Assembly: GCA_017938925.1 (NCBI GenBank)
Contig: JAGBAO010000013.1
Location: 225,037-289,036, forward strand
Direction of reading: 5' to 3'
DNA: 64,000 bases
DNA from: Bacteroidales bacterium
GTDB lineage: Bacteria; Bacteroidota; Bacteroidia; Bacteroidales; UBA932
Shown in pieces: positions 28,967-38,593 of this stretch (position 1 is its first letter; the number at the start of each line of letters is the position of its first letter). The notes under the pieces were generated by a model, which was not told the DNA's origin, did no database searches, and saw nothing but the letters and a program-made list of their open reading frames with translations. A program made the translations under genes and the position numbers.

Positions 28967-30544
28967 CTATTTCAAATCAACTACGACTGTCGTTACGCCT
29001 CGCGCACCGATGACATGATTCACTCCCTCTCCGGTCACAGTCCTGGCAAGGTCGTGCCTTGCATCGGTACGGTAGCTTGTCACCGAGGCCATCCTCTTTT
29101 TCCAGGCCTTAGGAAGTGTGAGTTCAACCGGTTTCTCCTCGAACGAAGAGTTCACGAAGACCATGACGATGCGGTCCTCTTCCGGAGATATGAAGGCTGT
29201 GGCAGCCAAGGTATCGAGGTCATCCGCCCCGTCAAGGGCGATACGCTGATATCCTGGTCTGACGAAGCGGCTGAAGTTACCGAGGGTCCAGAGCATCTTG
29301 TTTGCAGAAGGATATCCGCCTTTGTGGATGTCCCCGTCAGTGGCATGAAGGGAGATAAGTGCATGGTCACCGCGAAGTTCCATGCCCTTCCAGTAGCACC
29401 ATGAGACTGCATCCGAATCCACGAAGTCGCTGTGCATGATCCTGGCCATCATCAAGGCACCCTGGATGTCGGCATGATTGCCCTTGCACCAGTCGGCTGT
29501 AATTCCGCCATACTGCTTTGTGGTCGGAAGAAGGCACCACTCGGACGAATGATAGTCTATGCCGTATTTCCTGATCTGCTGCGCAGCAAGCCTATGGACC
29601 TCGCGAAGGTCGGCACTTGTAAAATGGTCATGGTACGGATGAGCGGTGAACTCCATGTCCATATGCTTGAGATCAGCCACATAATGCGGCGAATTCTTGT
29701 CAAAGAAGAAATAGAGCTGCCTTCCCGGACACTCGAGCGAATCGCTGCCGAAACGGGCGAACATCTTAGGGCGCTGAGTGTAGAGCATCTTGAGGCGGTT
29801 TGCCTCTCCTATGAAGATACGGACGTCATCGAATCTTGAAGACCTGCTCAACGATTCATCCAGTGCCTTGGTCATCTTGAATATTTCGCTGTTGCGCCAT
29901 GGTGAGCCTTCCTGTCTTGGAGTGTTCCAGTCTCCCTGAGGCTCATTTATAGGGCTGATATACGGGATGTTGAAGCCCTTGTCCATAAGATGCTCCGTCA
30001 CATCCACGAGATAGTCTGCATAATCATCGTAGCAGTCTTCGCGCAGATTTGCCGCATTGTCTGTCGGAGCATATCCCTTGCCGTTCAGGGTGTACTGGAC
30101 AAGAGGAGAATTCGAGAACAGAATGAACTGGTTGCAGCCGCGGTCCTTCGCTGCCTGCATGAAATACTCATGTCCTGCACATTTCCCCCAGTCATAAGAC
30201 TTGCCGTCCACGGTCTTGTATGACTCTGCGCGACGCTGGTAAGGGTAGATGTCGGCACCCGGCTGCTCCAGGGTCCCTGCCCCGAGGTTTACTCTCCAGA
30301 TGGTCAGGGCTATTCCCTTCGGATTGCCGGAGGCATCATATTCCTGTGAGAACAGATAGTCGGCTATCTCCTTCTTTGCGTTGTCACTCCATAATTTTCC
30401 GACAAAGTTCGCGCTCCATGCATCTGCCGCTCCGAAGAACTCGATCGTCTGATGACGGACATCAGGATTGACTGCTACCCTCTGCTGCGCGAGTGCGCAT
30501 ACTGACATCGATGCTGCAAGCATCAGTATATAAAGTCTCTTCAT
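28967..30544 (-). CDS. GH30-family glycoside hydrolase (Glyco_hydr_30_2 / GH30_4-like)
   Basis: HQTIEFFGAADAW, IWRVNLGAG, FSNSP, YISPINEPQ acid/base, SSEWC nucleophile, C-terminal beta-sandwich. Confidence 0.8.
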   Translation of the reverse strand: MKRLYILMLAASMSVCALAQQRVAVNPDVRHQTIEFFGAADAWSANFVGKLWSDNAKKEIADYLFSQEYDASGNPKGIALTIWRVNLGAGTLEQPGADIYPYQRRAESYKTVDGKSYDWGKCAGHEYFMQAAKDRGCNQFILFSNSPLVQYTLNGKGYAPTDNAANLREDCYDDYADYLVDVTEHLMDKGFNIPYISPINEPQGDWNTPRQEGSPWRNSEIFKMTKALDESLSRSSRFDDVRIFIGEANRLKMLYTQRPKMFARFGSDSLECPGRQLYFFFDKNSPHYVADLKHMDMEFTAHPYHDHFTSADLREVHRLAAQQIRKYGIDYHSSEWCLLPTTKQYGGITADWCKGNHADIQGALMMARIMHSDFVDSDAVSWCYWKGMELRGDHALISLHATDGDIHKGGYPSANKMLWTLGNFSRFVRPGYQRIALDGADDLDTLAATAFISPEEDRIVMVFVNSSFEEKPVELTLPKAWKKRMASVTSYRTDARHDLARTVTGEGVNHVIGARGVTTVVVDLK

Positions 30545-30556
30545 ATTGTGATATTA

Positions 30557-32026
30557 CTACATTTCAGTGTTGAAATCCTTGAGTATCCCCTCCATATCCT
30601 TGCCAGGAACGATCATATCGAGGGACTCCCTGTCCATGATCATCACAGGGCTGTCCCACACAGGGAGGCGGGTGTATTTCGTATCCGGAGAATTCGGCGA
30701 GTAATGATAAAGGTTCAGATTGAACACCCTTCCTGTTATCGGTTCGACTAAAACCGGATTCTTGATCTTGAGGTTCCTCACAGTGAGGGTCACGTCCGAC
30801 CATTCCAGAGATGACACCGGAGCATTGTCGCTGAAATAGTACATGAAGCCGACCGTCCTGTCCCCGTCCTTGAGACCAGTAACCTTCATTTCACGTGATG
30901 TGTTGGCAGTGAACTGCACTTCAAACGGAGTGATGTTGTCCGGAAGAAGGTTCACAAGGTTTCTGACTGCGTAGAAGGATGGTTTCTTGTATTTAACCTT
31001 GAAGTCCAGTCCGGTCCTGAGCAGGCCGAACGACTGCTGCATATCCGGATAGACAAGATCGGTCAAGGTGAATATCGAGCAGGCCTGTCCTATGGCAAAA
31101 TCACAGCACATGCGTCTTAGCACCGTCTTTGCCTGGATATATTCGTCGAACTGGATATGCTTCAGCGCATGTGTCCACTCCAGTTTTGAAGGGCAGCCGC
31201 TCTCCCCCTGGAACACGATGATCTCCGGGTTGAATTCGTGGATGATCCTGCGCAGAGTCAGAAAGTCATAGTCACAGTCATCCGGATTCTCGTAATATTT
31301 GTGCAGGCTGACATGTGTGAAGAGGTCGGTCCTGCCCATCGTCTTCAGGTCATTCAGCACATGGCTCAGGTATCCGGCATCCACGCTTGCAAGCGCAAAG
31401 GCAGCTATCCTGGCATCAGGATCCACCCGCCTGATCGCCTCGCAGGTCCTCACAAGAAGATTCGTATATGTGGAAGGGTTGTCCTTGTTCACTTTCTGAT
31501 TCGGCTCGTTCCAGACCTCCCACAGGCCCACCTTACCCTTATAGCGGGCAACAGTGGTCTCCACATATCTCTCCCATGCCTTCATGGTCGGCTCGTCGGT
31601 GAAGATCTTCGCGCCAAGAGTTACTTCCGATGAATATATCGGATTGCCATATCCAAGACACATCCATGGAGTGACATTCTGGCTCACGATGCCGTCCACT
31701 ACCTCGTCAAGCCAGGCATAGTCATACTTCCCTTTCTTCTGCTCGGTGCGGGCCCATCCGCTCTGGATGCGGGCATGGCCGACTCCAAGCTGGCTGATAT
31801 ATGAACCGCTTTCGGAATACTCCGCCATCCCTCTGTCGACGCATTCATAGCCGACCGACCATCGTTCAGCCGCCACTTCTTCCGAAGGATAAGTCCTTAT
31901 GGCTCCGATGCACTCGAGCGGAGGATAGTTCTGATTGAAGACCTTGTATGTCACTGACTCGAACGGCTGGGCTGACACGGTCATCACGCTCAGCATCGAT
32001 AACACGATATAGGTCAAGCGTTTCAT
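30557..32026 (-). CDS. Clan GH-A glycoside hydrolase, GH39-like
   Basis: WSVGYECVDR, ARIQSGWARTEQKKGKYDYAWLD, LWEVWNEPN, VFQGESGCP. Confidence 0.65.
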   Translation of the reverse strand: MKRLTYIVLSMLSVMTVSAQPFESVTYKVFNQNYPPLECIGAIRTYPSEEVAAERWSVGYECVDRGMAEYSESGSYISQLGVGHARIQSGWARTEQKKGKYDYAWLDEVVDGIVSQNVTPWMCLGYGNPIYSSEVTLGAKIFTDEPTMKAWERYVETTVARYKGKVGLWEVWNEPNQKVNKDNPSTYTNLLVRTCEAIRRVDPDARIAAFALASVDAGYLSHVLNDLKTMGRTDLFTHVSLHKYYENPDDCDYDFLTLRRIIHEFNPEIIVFQGESGCPSKLEWTHALKHIQFDEYIQAKTVLRRMCCDFAIGQACSIFTLTDLVYPDMQQSFGLLRTGLDFKVKYKKPSFYAVRNLVNLLPDNITPFEVQFTANTSREMKVTGLKDGDRTVGFMYYFSDNAPVSSLEWSDVTLTVRNLKIKNPVLVEPITGRVFNLNLYHYSPNSPDTKYTRLPVWDSPVMIMDRESLDMIVPGKDMEGILKDFNTEM

Positions 32027-32037
32027 AGAAAAGGAGT

Positions 32038-33111
32038 TTAGTAAATATAGTCTTTAAGTATTGCACTCAGCGGTTCCATAAGGGACTTTGCCATCAGATG
32101 ATAGCCATAACCGCTCGGATGCGAGCCGTCAGCCGTCCATTCATGGGTACCGTCAAGAGTGTTTGTGGTCTCAACCCAGTACACATTCGGGTACTTGGAA
32201 ACAGCTATGGTCATCAGACTGTCAGCCATGTCCATCTTTGCCTGTTCACGTGCATCATATGATGGGTTGAAATTCCTCTTCTCGCGATAAAGTGTCTTGA
32301 TGAAGATCAACGGGATTCCCGGCTTTTCCGCCTGAAACTTCTCTATGAACGGAAACAGCCTTTCCTCCATCTGCTCAGGTGACGGATTTGAAAAGGCGTC
32401 AAACACATAAGCATCGACATCCTCCGCATCAAGCAGGGCATCAGCAAAATAAGGCTGGAGCTTGGAATTGCCGCAGAATCCCATATTGATGAAATGGTAG
32501 CCTGTCATTCTTGCAAGCTGAGCGGAATATGTCAGTCCCGGACGTTCCGCGCATGCACCCTGGGTGTATGACGAGCCGAAGACCGCGATCCTGCCCTTGA
32601 ATGGATTCTCGATCGGCTGAACGCTGCTGTCCGGATCTGTCACTATCTGCAGTTCCTTGAGTTCGCTCTGCAGAGGAAGATAAAGCAGGCATTCCTTCCA
32701 TCCCGGCACGGACGATTTCAGCAGAGGCAAGGTGATGAATTCACCCTTGACAACCTTCGATGGGACATTGTTCCATGCCCATATCCACTGGCCATCCTTC
32801 TTTATATAAAGATCGAAACCTGCCATTCCCCTGTCCAGACGGCTGCTGAGCGTAGTGTACTTAACATCGACTCCTATATAATCAGAATTTGTTCTAAATG
32901 CTATTGCAATTCCGGCACTCTGACGGCATTGCGTCTTCTCTCCGGATGTAAATCCATCATATCCGGAAGTCTCGATCCTATGATATGGATTTTCTGTAGG
33001 AAGAAGCTTGCTCACTACTGTCAGAGACTGCGCATCAGTGTATCTGTACTCCTGGGCATTAAGGACAGCCAGGGACGAAAACGCAATGATAATGGTTAAA
33101 ATACGTTTCAT
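32038..33111 (-). CDS. SGNH/GDSL-type esterase with GxDLY N-domain
   Basis: GFDLY, LYLPL, FGSSYTQG (block I), NMGFCGN, DGSHP (block V). Confidence 0.88.
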   Translation of the reverse strand: MKRILTIIIAFSSLAVLNAQEYRYTDAQSLTVVSKLLPTENPYHRIETSGYDGFTSGEKTQCRQSAGIAIAFRTNSDYIGVDVKYTTLSSRLDRGMAGFDLYIKKDGQWIWAWNNVPSKVVKGEFITLPLLKSSVPGWKECLLYLPLQSELKELQIVTDPDSSVQPIENPFKGRIAVFGSSYTQGACAERPGLTYSAQLARMTGYHFINMGFCGNSKLQPYFADALLDAEDVDAYVFDAFSNPSPEQMEERLFPFIEKFQAEKPGIPLIFIKTLYREKRNFNPSYDAREQAKMDMADSLMTIAVSKYPNVYWVETTNTLDGTHEWTADGSHPSGYGYHLMAKSLMEPLSAILKDYIY

Positions 33112-33112
33112 A

Positions 33113-34084
33113 TCAGAATTTAAGATAAGTTATAACCGGGAAACCAGTGGACGGATATACCATCTCTCCATTCGATGAAGGATATCTGTTGCGTCCCACC
33201 ATGTAGAAAGTAATATCGAAGCCATCCGTGAAGATATAGTCCGGACGTCCTCCCGAAAGTTTGTCGCCTCGCACGTTGTTTCTCGTATGGTTCGTCTTGA
33301 TTTCCGATTCCAGAAGCATTCCGTCAGTCTTGAGACGGTCATAGACATCCACCCAGCGGGACGTTGCAAGATGCTCCACATAACCTGGAGTCTTGTCATT
33401 CATATTGAAGGAGCCAGTGATTATAGACGGCAGGCCATCGGTCACGACAATCTCATCCGCAATCTTTATCAGGTTCTCGCAATTGACGCTGTTCAGAATC
33501 TTTGAGGAGGCTCCATTGGTGGAGGCAACCATGAAATAGAACTCCTTTCCTGTGGCCTTCTCGCGGAACTTCGCCCAGGTGACTGACTTGGTGGCATCAC
33601 CCTTGACATCCTTGAGGTCCTTATGTATCCTGTTCTTATCGAAATATCCGCCAAGCCAGTTTATGCCATAATCGATGCAATCATACTTTTCCGTACGCCA
33701 TATTATAGCCTGGGTCTTGTTATAGGCACCTTCAAGCGGCAGGCTCGGCCTCGTATTGGAAAGAGCAAGCCACGAATATCCTGCCTTTTTCGCTTCAAGA
33801 GCCTGTGGAAGTCCTGTGTATCCGACCCTTCCTGCAATGGAGTCACAGACACCCACCAGGCCCAGAACATCGCAATCCGTTGCAATTATCTGCTCAGCTA
33901 CAGCACTGACGCAATTGGACCAGAGCCTCTCCGGTCCGCATTCCCCTTTCTTCACGTTCTGAGCCCTTGAGGCGGAATTATGCAGATAATATACGGCAGC
34001 CTTAAGCTCCGACTTTGTCTTTTTTGGTGCCGCCTCTGCCACCAAAGGGGCAAGAAGCAGGAATATATATATCAATTTCTTCAT
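33113..34084 (-). CDS. EEP-family protein with degenerate active site (probable pseudo-enzyme)
   Basis: Aligns by eye with 11778-12749 but shows YL for YN, VG for QE, GSFN for GDFN and STG for SDH. Confidence 0.7.
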   Translation of the reverse strand: MKKLIYIFLLLAPLVAEAAPKKTKSELKAAVYYLHNSASRAQNVKKGECGPERLWSNCVSAVAEQIIATDCDVLGLVGVCDSIAGRVGYTGLPQALEAKKAGYSWLALSNTRPSLPLEGAYNKTQAIIWRTEKYDCIDYGINWLGGYFDKNRIHKDLKDVKGDATKSVTWAKFREKATGKEFYFMVASTNGASSKILNSVNCENLIKIADEIVVTDGLPSIITGSFNMNDKTPGYVEHLATSRWVDVYDRLKTDGMLLESEIKTNHTRNNVRGDKLSGGRPDYIFTDGFDITFYMVGRNRYPSSNGEMVYPSTGFPVITYLKF

Positions 34085-34088
34085 ATAC

Positions 34089-35873
34089 TTAAAATTCTAG
34101 ATCTGTGCGAATCGGATAGTGGTCTGAGATGAAAGGCACATGGTTATATTTCCTGACTATCACCTTGAAGTCATGGCAGCGCCTGAAGCCTTTATACCAT
34201 ATGTAGTCAACGGTTCCGTTCCATGACTTGCCGAAGCCGTTGAAGGTGTATTTGTCATCAGAATCCTTTGCCTCCATGCGGGCATCCTTCCATTCGGTCA
34301 TAATCCTTCCAAGAGTCGCCTTTTCCTTGTACTGCGCATTGAAATCGCCAACCACCGCCATAGGAAGGTTTTTGACATTTATCTTTTCCATCCGGTCAAG
34401 AAGGACATTCAGGCCGTTCTTTCTTGCCTCCACACCCTTATGGTCAAGATGAGTATTGATGAAGATGAATTCCTTGCCTGTCTTTTTATGCTTGAAACGG
34501 CACCAGAGAGCAGTACGGGGCTCCGCGGAATCCCACGACATCGAGCAGGTGTCAGGGGTCTCTGAAAGGTAGAAGGCATCCCATTCAATGAGCTCCAGCA
34601 CATTCCTGTCCCACATGACAGGGTCGGTAAATGCCGCATATGACTTCAGATTCGGGACATTCCGCCTGATCAGATAATCGACATACTCATATTCGGGATT
34701 ATGAGAGAGAATATAGTCCCTCTGGTACCTGCTGCATTCCTGAAAGCCGATGACGGCAGGCCTGATGTCCTTCATCATTGCGATTATCGCGCTTTTGCGC
34801 CTGTCCCATCCGTTTTCCAAATCGTTGTTGTTGTTCATGTAACGGATATTCGCCGATACAATCCTGACTGTCTTTGCATTGGCAGGGGCAGGGGTGTTAT
34901 ATACAGACGGTTCCGGAGTCTGCAAGAAAGAAACATCTGCCACGACAGGAAGATGATCAGAAGGATAGTGGAGGGTGCCGTCTGCTGTCGGGAAACGGCA
35001 CTTGTCGACATCGATGCTCAAAGGTCTGAATCCATGCAGGCATATATGATCCGGTTTCCACTTCGTCAGGCCGGACTCATCCTTCAGGTTCTGAGTGCCC
35101 CAATCCTTGATTTCATCCGGCAAGGTGCCTGCAGCAGTGTAGTGCTGGAAAAGGTCGTACCACCTTGAATTTCCCATGGAGCCCCAATGTTTGGCCTTAT
35201 GGTCGGCATTCAGGTCACCGACAAGGATGGAAGGAGTGTCAGCCGGTATCATGTCCATCGTGATTTCACGCAGCCTCTGCATGTTATACTTATTTGCAGA
35301 GTTATCTGACGAGCCGTCCTTCTTCTTGCCCGGTACCCTGAAATGGGTGCTGAGGAAATAGAAGTCCCTGCCGGAATCCTTGTGGACCATATGAGCCCAC
35401 ACGCATGGACGGTTCGAACCCTTCGGTGCCTTCGGAGCAAGAATTGCAGTGTCGCGCACGCCTCCGAGATAGAAGATGCCGCTCTCCTTCACATCGAACA
35501 TGGAACTGCGGTATGCTATGGCGACATCGTATGAAATCTTACCCTTGCTGGTGTTGGGATAGAGAATCCATTCATAATCTGTCTTTCCCTGGTCTGCAAC
35601 AAGCTTTCTGACATCCTTGTCACCCTTCAGGCCCCAGATGCTGTCGCACACCTCCTGGACTCCCAGGATATCGCAGTCGAGTTCGGATATCATTCTTGCT
35701 ACAGCCTGCGCGCTGTTGCACCAGTATCTCTGGTGAGACACTGTGGAATCCTTCTCAATCACCTTCTTTCTGGAATCCGAAGTGAAGAGGTTGTATGTTC
35801 CCACCTTGAACTCCTGGGCCGCAAGTCCCGTCGTAAACAGGCAGAGGGCCACCGCCGCAAGTAATCTTTTCAT
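34089..35873 (-). CDS. Tandem two-domain EEP-family phosphoesterase
   Basis: Two complete motif sets (GTYN/QE/STH/GDLN/DHI/SDH and SANI/QE/NTH/GDFN/DYI/SDH). Start MKRLL at 35873. Confidence 0.9.
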   Translation of the reverse strand: MKRLLAAVALCLFTTGLAAQEFKVGTYNLFTSDSRKKVIEKDSTVSHQRYWCNSAQAVARMISELDCDILGVQEVCDSIWGLKGDKDVRKLVADQGKTDYEWILYPNTSKGKISYDVAIAYRSSMFDVKESGIFYLGGVRDTAILAPKAPKGSNRPCVWAHMVHKDSGRDFYFLSTHFRVPGKKKDGSSDNSANKYNMQRLREITMDMIPADTPSILVGDLNADHKAKHWGSMGNSRWYDLFQHYTAAGTLPDEIKDWGTQNLKDESGLTKWKPDHICLHGFRPLSIDVDKCRFPTADGTLHYPSDHLPVVADVSFLQTPEPSVYNTPAPANAKTVRIVSANIRYMNNNNDLENGWDRRKSAIIAMMKDIRPAVIGFQECSRYQRDYILSHNPEYEYVDYLIRRNVPNLKSYAAFTDPVMWDRNVLELIEWDAFYLSETPDTCSMSWDSAEPRTALWCRFKHKKTGKEFIFINTHLDHKGVEARKNGLNVLLDRMEKINVKNLPMAVVGDFNAQYKEKATLGRIMTEWKDARMEAKDSDDKYTFNGFGKSWNGTVDYIWYKGFRRCHDFKVIVRKYNHVPFISDHYPIRTDLEF

Positions 35874-35883
35874 ATGATCTGGA

Positions 35884-38208
35884 TTATTTTTCTGCGTATT
35901 TTCTGACACGTTCATCATCTATGACACCGCTCCAGTTCAGGCCGAAGGCGAAATCATAGGCATTACCTTCGGAATCCACGTATGGAACCATATCACGAGG
36001 GCTGTCCTCGCACTGTTTCTCCACGGTCTCCATATCGGCAGGGAACTGGACAGGAAGGAGTCCGGTAGGCTCGTATCTTCCGGTAATCACATCGACATAT
36101 GCCTGAGGCTCCACTCCGAATGAGATGAGGATGGCGTCAGCATGCTTTTCGAACTCTCCCATGACCACAGGCTTCTGGCATGGAAGGATGACGACAACAG
36201 GGCGGTCACCCATCTGTGCCTTGGTTTCAGCCACGAGATCGATATCAGCCTTGTTCTCTGTCTTTATCGTCTTTCCGTAATAGCTCCTGTTGGTGCCTTT
36301 CTCTTTTGGGTCTCCTCCCGCAAGACTCACCTTGCGGGCATGCTCTGCCTTGTAATCAGTCCACTGAAGGCTCATAGGAACGTATCCGTTGCCTCCCTTC
36401 CTGAGATCCTCGGTATCGAAGCCGCGTCCGTTCACCGGATCTCCGATAACCACTAATGCGAAATCAGCCTCCTGAGGATTCTCCACAAAGACATAGTCAC
36501 CCTTGAGGAATTCAGGCTCGATCGGCCAGTCATATTTTCCAGGAACCGTCACCTTGCCCGCGAGATTGTAGGTGTTAGGAATCTGTCTCTTAGGCATATA
36601 TACCTTTGTCTGAGCCTTCACAGGAAGGACTCCTCCACGATTCTTGAGCATGACCACCGACTTGAGCTGTGCCTGGTATCCCCTGTCTCTGAAGTCTTCG
36701 GAACTGAGCACCTGCTCTGTCTTTGCAGGATCGAGATATGGATTCTCGAAGATTCCCGTACGGAAGAAATTGAGAAGGAGCTTTCTTGCAGAATGCTCGA
36801 AGCGCTCACGGGCGCTTTCTTCACCGAAGTCCCTGGTCCACATGTCATAAGCCTCCAGAACCGGTCCCTTCTTGTTGTTTCCACCGAACTGGTCCACACC
36901 TGCCTTGAGAATCTCATAATGGCGCTCTGCTTCTGTCAGAGTCTCGACTCCCCAAGGTTTTCCGCCATGGATATGGACTTCCTCATAGTCCTTGGTGATG
37001 CTCCAGTCCGTACATATCACTCCTTCATATTTATATGTATTGATCAGCAGATCCTGAATGATGTACCTGCTGTAGCTGTTGGCGACGTTCTTTCCTGATG
37101 GGTCAATTCCGTATGAAATCGTGTAATAGGGCATGACAGCAGATGCCTGCTTTGTCGGACCATCCAGATTGAAGGCACCTTTGACGAACACCTGCAGCGC
37201 AGTATTGAACTCACCGCCAGGGAAGACCGCATACTTTCCGAAACCCAGATGAGCATCACGGCCAGCCTCTCCTGCTGCACCTCCCGGCCAGTGTTTCACC
37301 ATGCAGTTCACGCTCTGGGTTCCCCATCCGTTCTCAATCACGTCATCGCCGTAAGATGTCTGGAAGGCATCGATATAAGCCCTTGTCATATCTGCGGCCA
37401 TATCGGGATCCTCAGTAAAGGTTCCCACTCCCCTTCTCCAACGGGGTTCTGTGTAGATATCGGCCTGCGGAGAAAGCGCCGTGGCTATTCCGAGAGCACG
37501 ATATTCTGCAGAGACGACCTCGCCGAAGTCCCTCACGACCTCAGGATCGAAGGATGCACCCAGACCGAGAGGAGTCGGCCAGCGCGAGGCCTGTCCGCCT
37601 GAGCCGGCATTGAATTCGTCCGTAGCCCTCGTCTCGTTTCTCGGATCGGAACTGTTGTTGGCAGGAATGCCATGGGGAAGACTCTCCGCAAGTGCCTGAA
37701 GCTTGTTGTTCCAGCGGGCAGCTGCACCTGGAGAAGCCACCTTAGTCACAAGGATCTGCCTGAGATTGTCGTCTCGCAGAGCCTTTATCTGATTGTCCGA
37801 CAGATCGCTGGTATCAGCCCCGCTCTCTGCCCAGGTCTTGCCCCCGAAGGTATATTTCATCGGATTTGTGGAACTGATATGGGGAACGCTCATATGCGAG
37901 CTGTAGAGCATAAGACCGGCTATCTCCTCGACAGAAAGCTGGGATGCGAGATCTTCCGCACGCTCAGCCGGAGTCCTGCGCCAGTCCTCGTAAACATCTA
38001 TCGAGTCATTCCTGTTCAAGTCCTTGAAGGCGTAGCCATTGTCATAGAGAATCCTGATTCCTGATGACGGGGAATAGGCAATGGATTTTCCTCCTCGCTG
38101 GGTGATGAGTATATGGTTATCAATGTGAGTTTCCTCCACCCTTGGTGTACAGGAAATGATAAAAACGAGTGCTGCGACGCACGTGAACAAGCGGTTGAAA
38201 AAATTCAT
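35884..38208 (-). CDS. GH3 beta-glucosidase-like lipoprotein (paralogue of 16795-19122)
   Basis: GIPANNSSDPRN, ALSPQAD, MVKHWPGG, GVICTDW; lipobox IISC. Confidence 0.9.
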   Translation of the reverse strand: MNFFNRLFTCVAALVFIISCTPRVEETHIDNHILITQRGGKSIAYSPSSGIRILYDNGYAFKDLNRNDSIDVYEDWRRTPAERAEDLASQLSVEEIAGLMLYSSHMSVPHISSTNPMKYTFGGKTWAESGADTSDLSDNQIKALRDDNLRQILVTKVASPGAAARWNNKLQALAESLPHGIPANNSSDPRNETRATDEFNAGSGGQASRWPTPLGLGASFDPEVVRDFGEVVSAEYRALGIATALSPQADIYTEPRWRRGVGTFTEDPDMAADMTRAYIDAFQTSYGDDVIENGWGTQSVNCMVKHWPGGAAGEAGRDAHLGFGKYAVFPGGEFNTALQVFVKGAFNLDGPTKQASAVMPYYTISYGIDPSGKNVANSYSRYIIQDLLINTYKYEGVICTDWSITKDYEEVHIHGGKPWGVETLTEAERHYEILKAGVDQFGGNNKKGPVLEAYDMWTRDFGEESARERFEHSARKLLLNFFRTGIFENPYLDPAKTEQVLSSEDFRDRGYQAQLKSVVMLKNRGGVLPVKAQTKVYMPKRQIPNTYNLAGKVTVPGKYDWPIEPEFLKGDYVFVENPQEADFALVVIGDPVNGRGFDTEDLRKGGNGYVPMSLQWTDYKAEHARKVSLAGGDPKEKGTNRSYYGKTIKTENKADIDLVAETKAQMGDRPVVVILPCQKPVVMGEFEKHADAILISFGVEPQAYVDVITGRYEPTGLLPVQFPADMETVEKQCEDSPRDMVPYVDSEGNAYDFAFGLNWSGVIDDERVRKYAEK

Positions 38209-38236
38209 TTTGGTTATTGTTTTATGTCTTTGAAAG

Positions 38237-38370
38237 CAAAATTAATCAAAGTGAGACGGGAAGACAAGGCAAGCAGACGGCAATATAGAGTGATATAAAG
38301 ACAAAAAATGGCTCATATCGTATATAACGATGATTATTGCCCATTTCAACCCACGTCAAATATAGACATT
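38237..38370 (-). promoter_or_regulatory. Promoter of the leftward 19-kb operon: -7 box TAATTTTG (38237-38244), motif CACTCTATAT (38283-38292), distal GTCTATATTTGACG (about 38354-38367)
   Basis: Reverse-complement reading; the proximal motif is 38 nt from the -7 box, as in the other three promoters. Confidence 0.55.
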
Positions 38371-38515
38371 TTTTATCTGCTTGGAGATGGATTATGATGA
38401 AACCTGAAGTCCCGATATCAGAATTGAAAGCAGATGGCGCCGGAGGCGTGATTCCTGACGATATTTTTAGAGGATATTTTATTTTGTATATGGTTGTTTT
38501 ATCGGAATTTATGAT

Positions 38516-38523
38516 TATCTTTG
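38516..38523 (+). promoter_or_regulatory. -7 box TATCTTTG of rpsO promoter
   Basis: Matches TAnnTTTG, about 70 nt upstream of the rpsO ATG. Confidence 0.6.
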
Positions 38524-38593
38524 CGCCCGCAAATCCCAAAACGCGGGAAATGCATAGACAAATTAATCATTAACCTCTTAATTTTTTCAAAAG

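Noticed and set aside
38524-38593. Possible S15 leader RNA, and structured pnp 5' UTR hairpins at about 38948-39056
   Set aside because: Small hairpins are visible but cannot be matched to a family without a covariance-model search.
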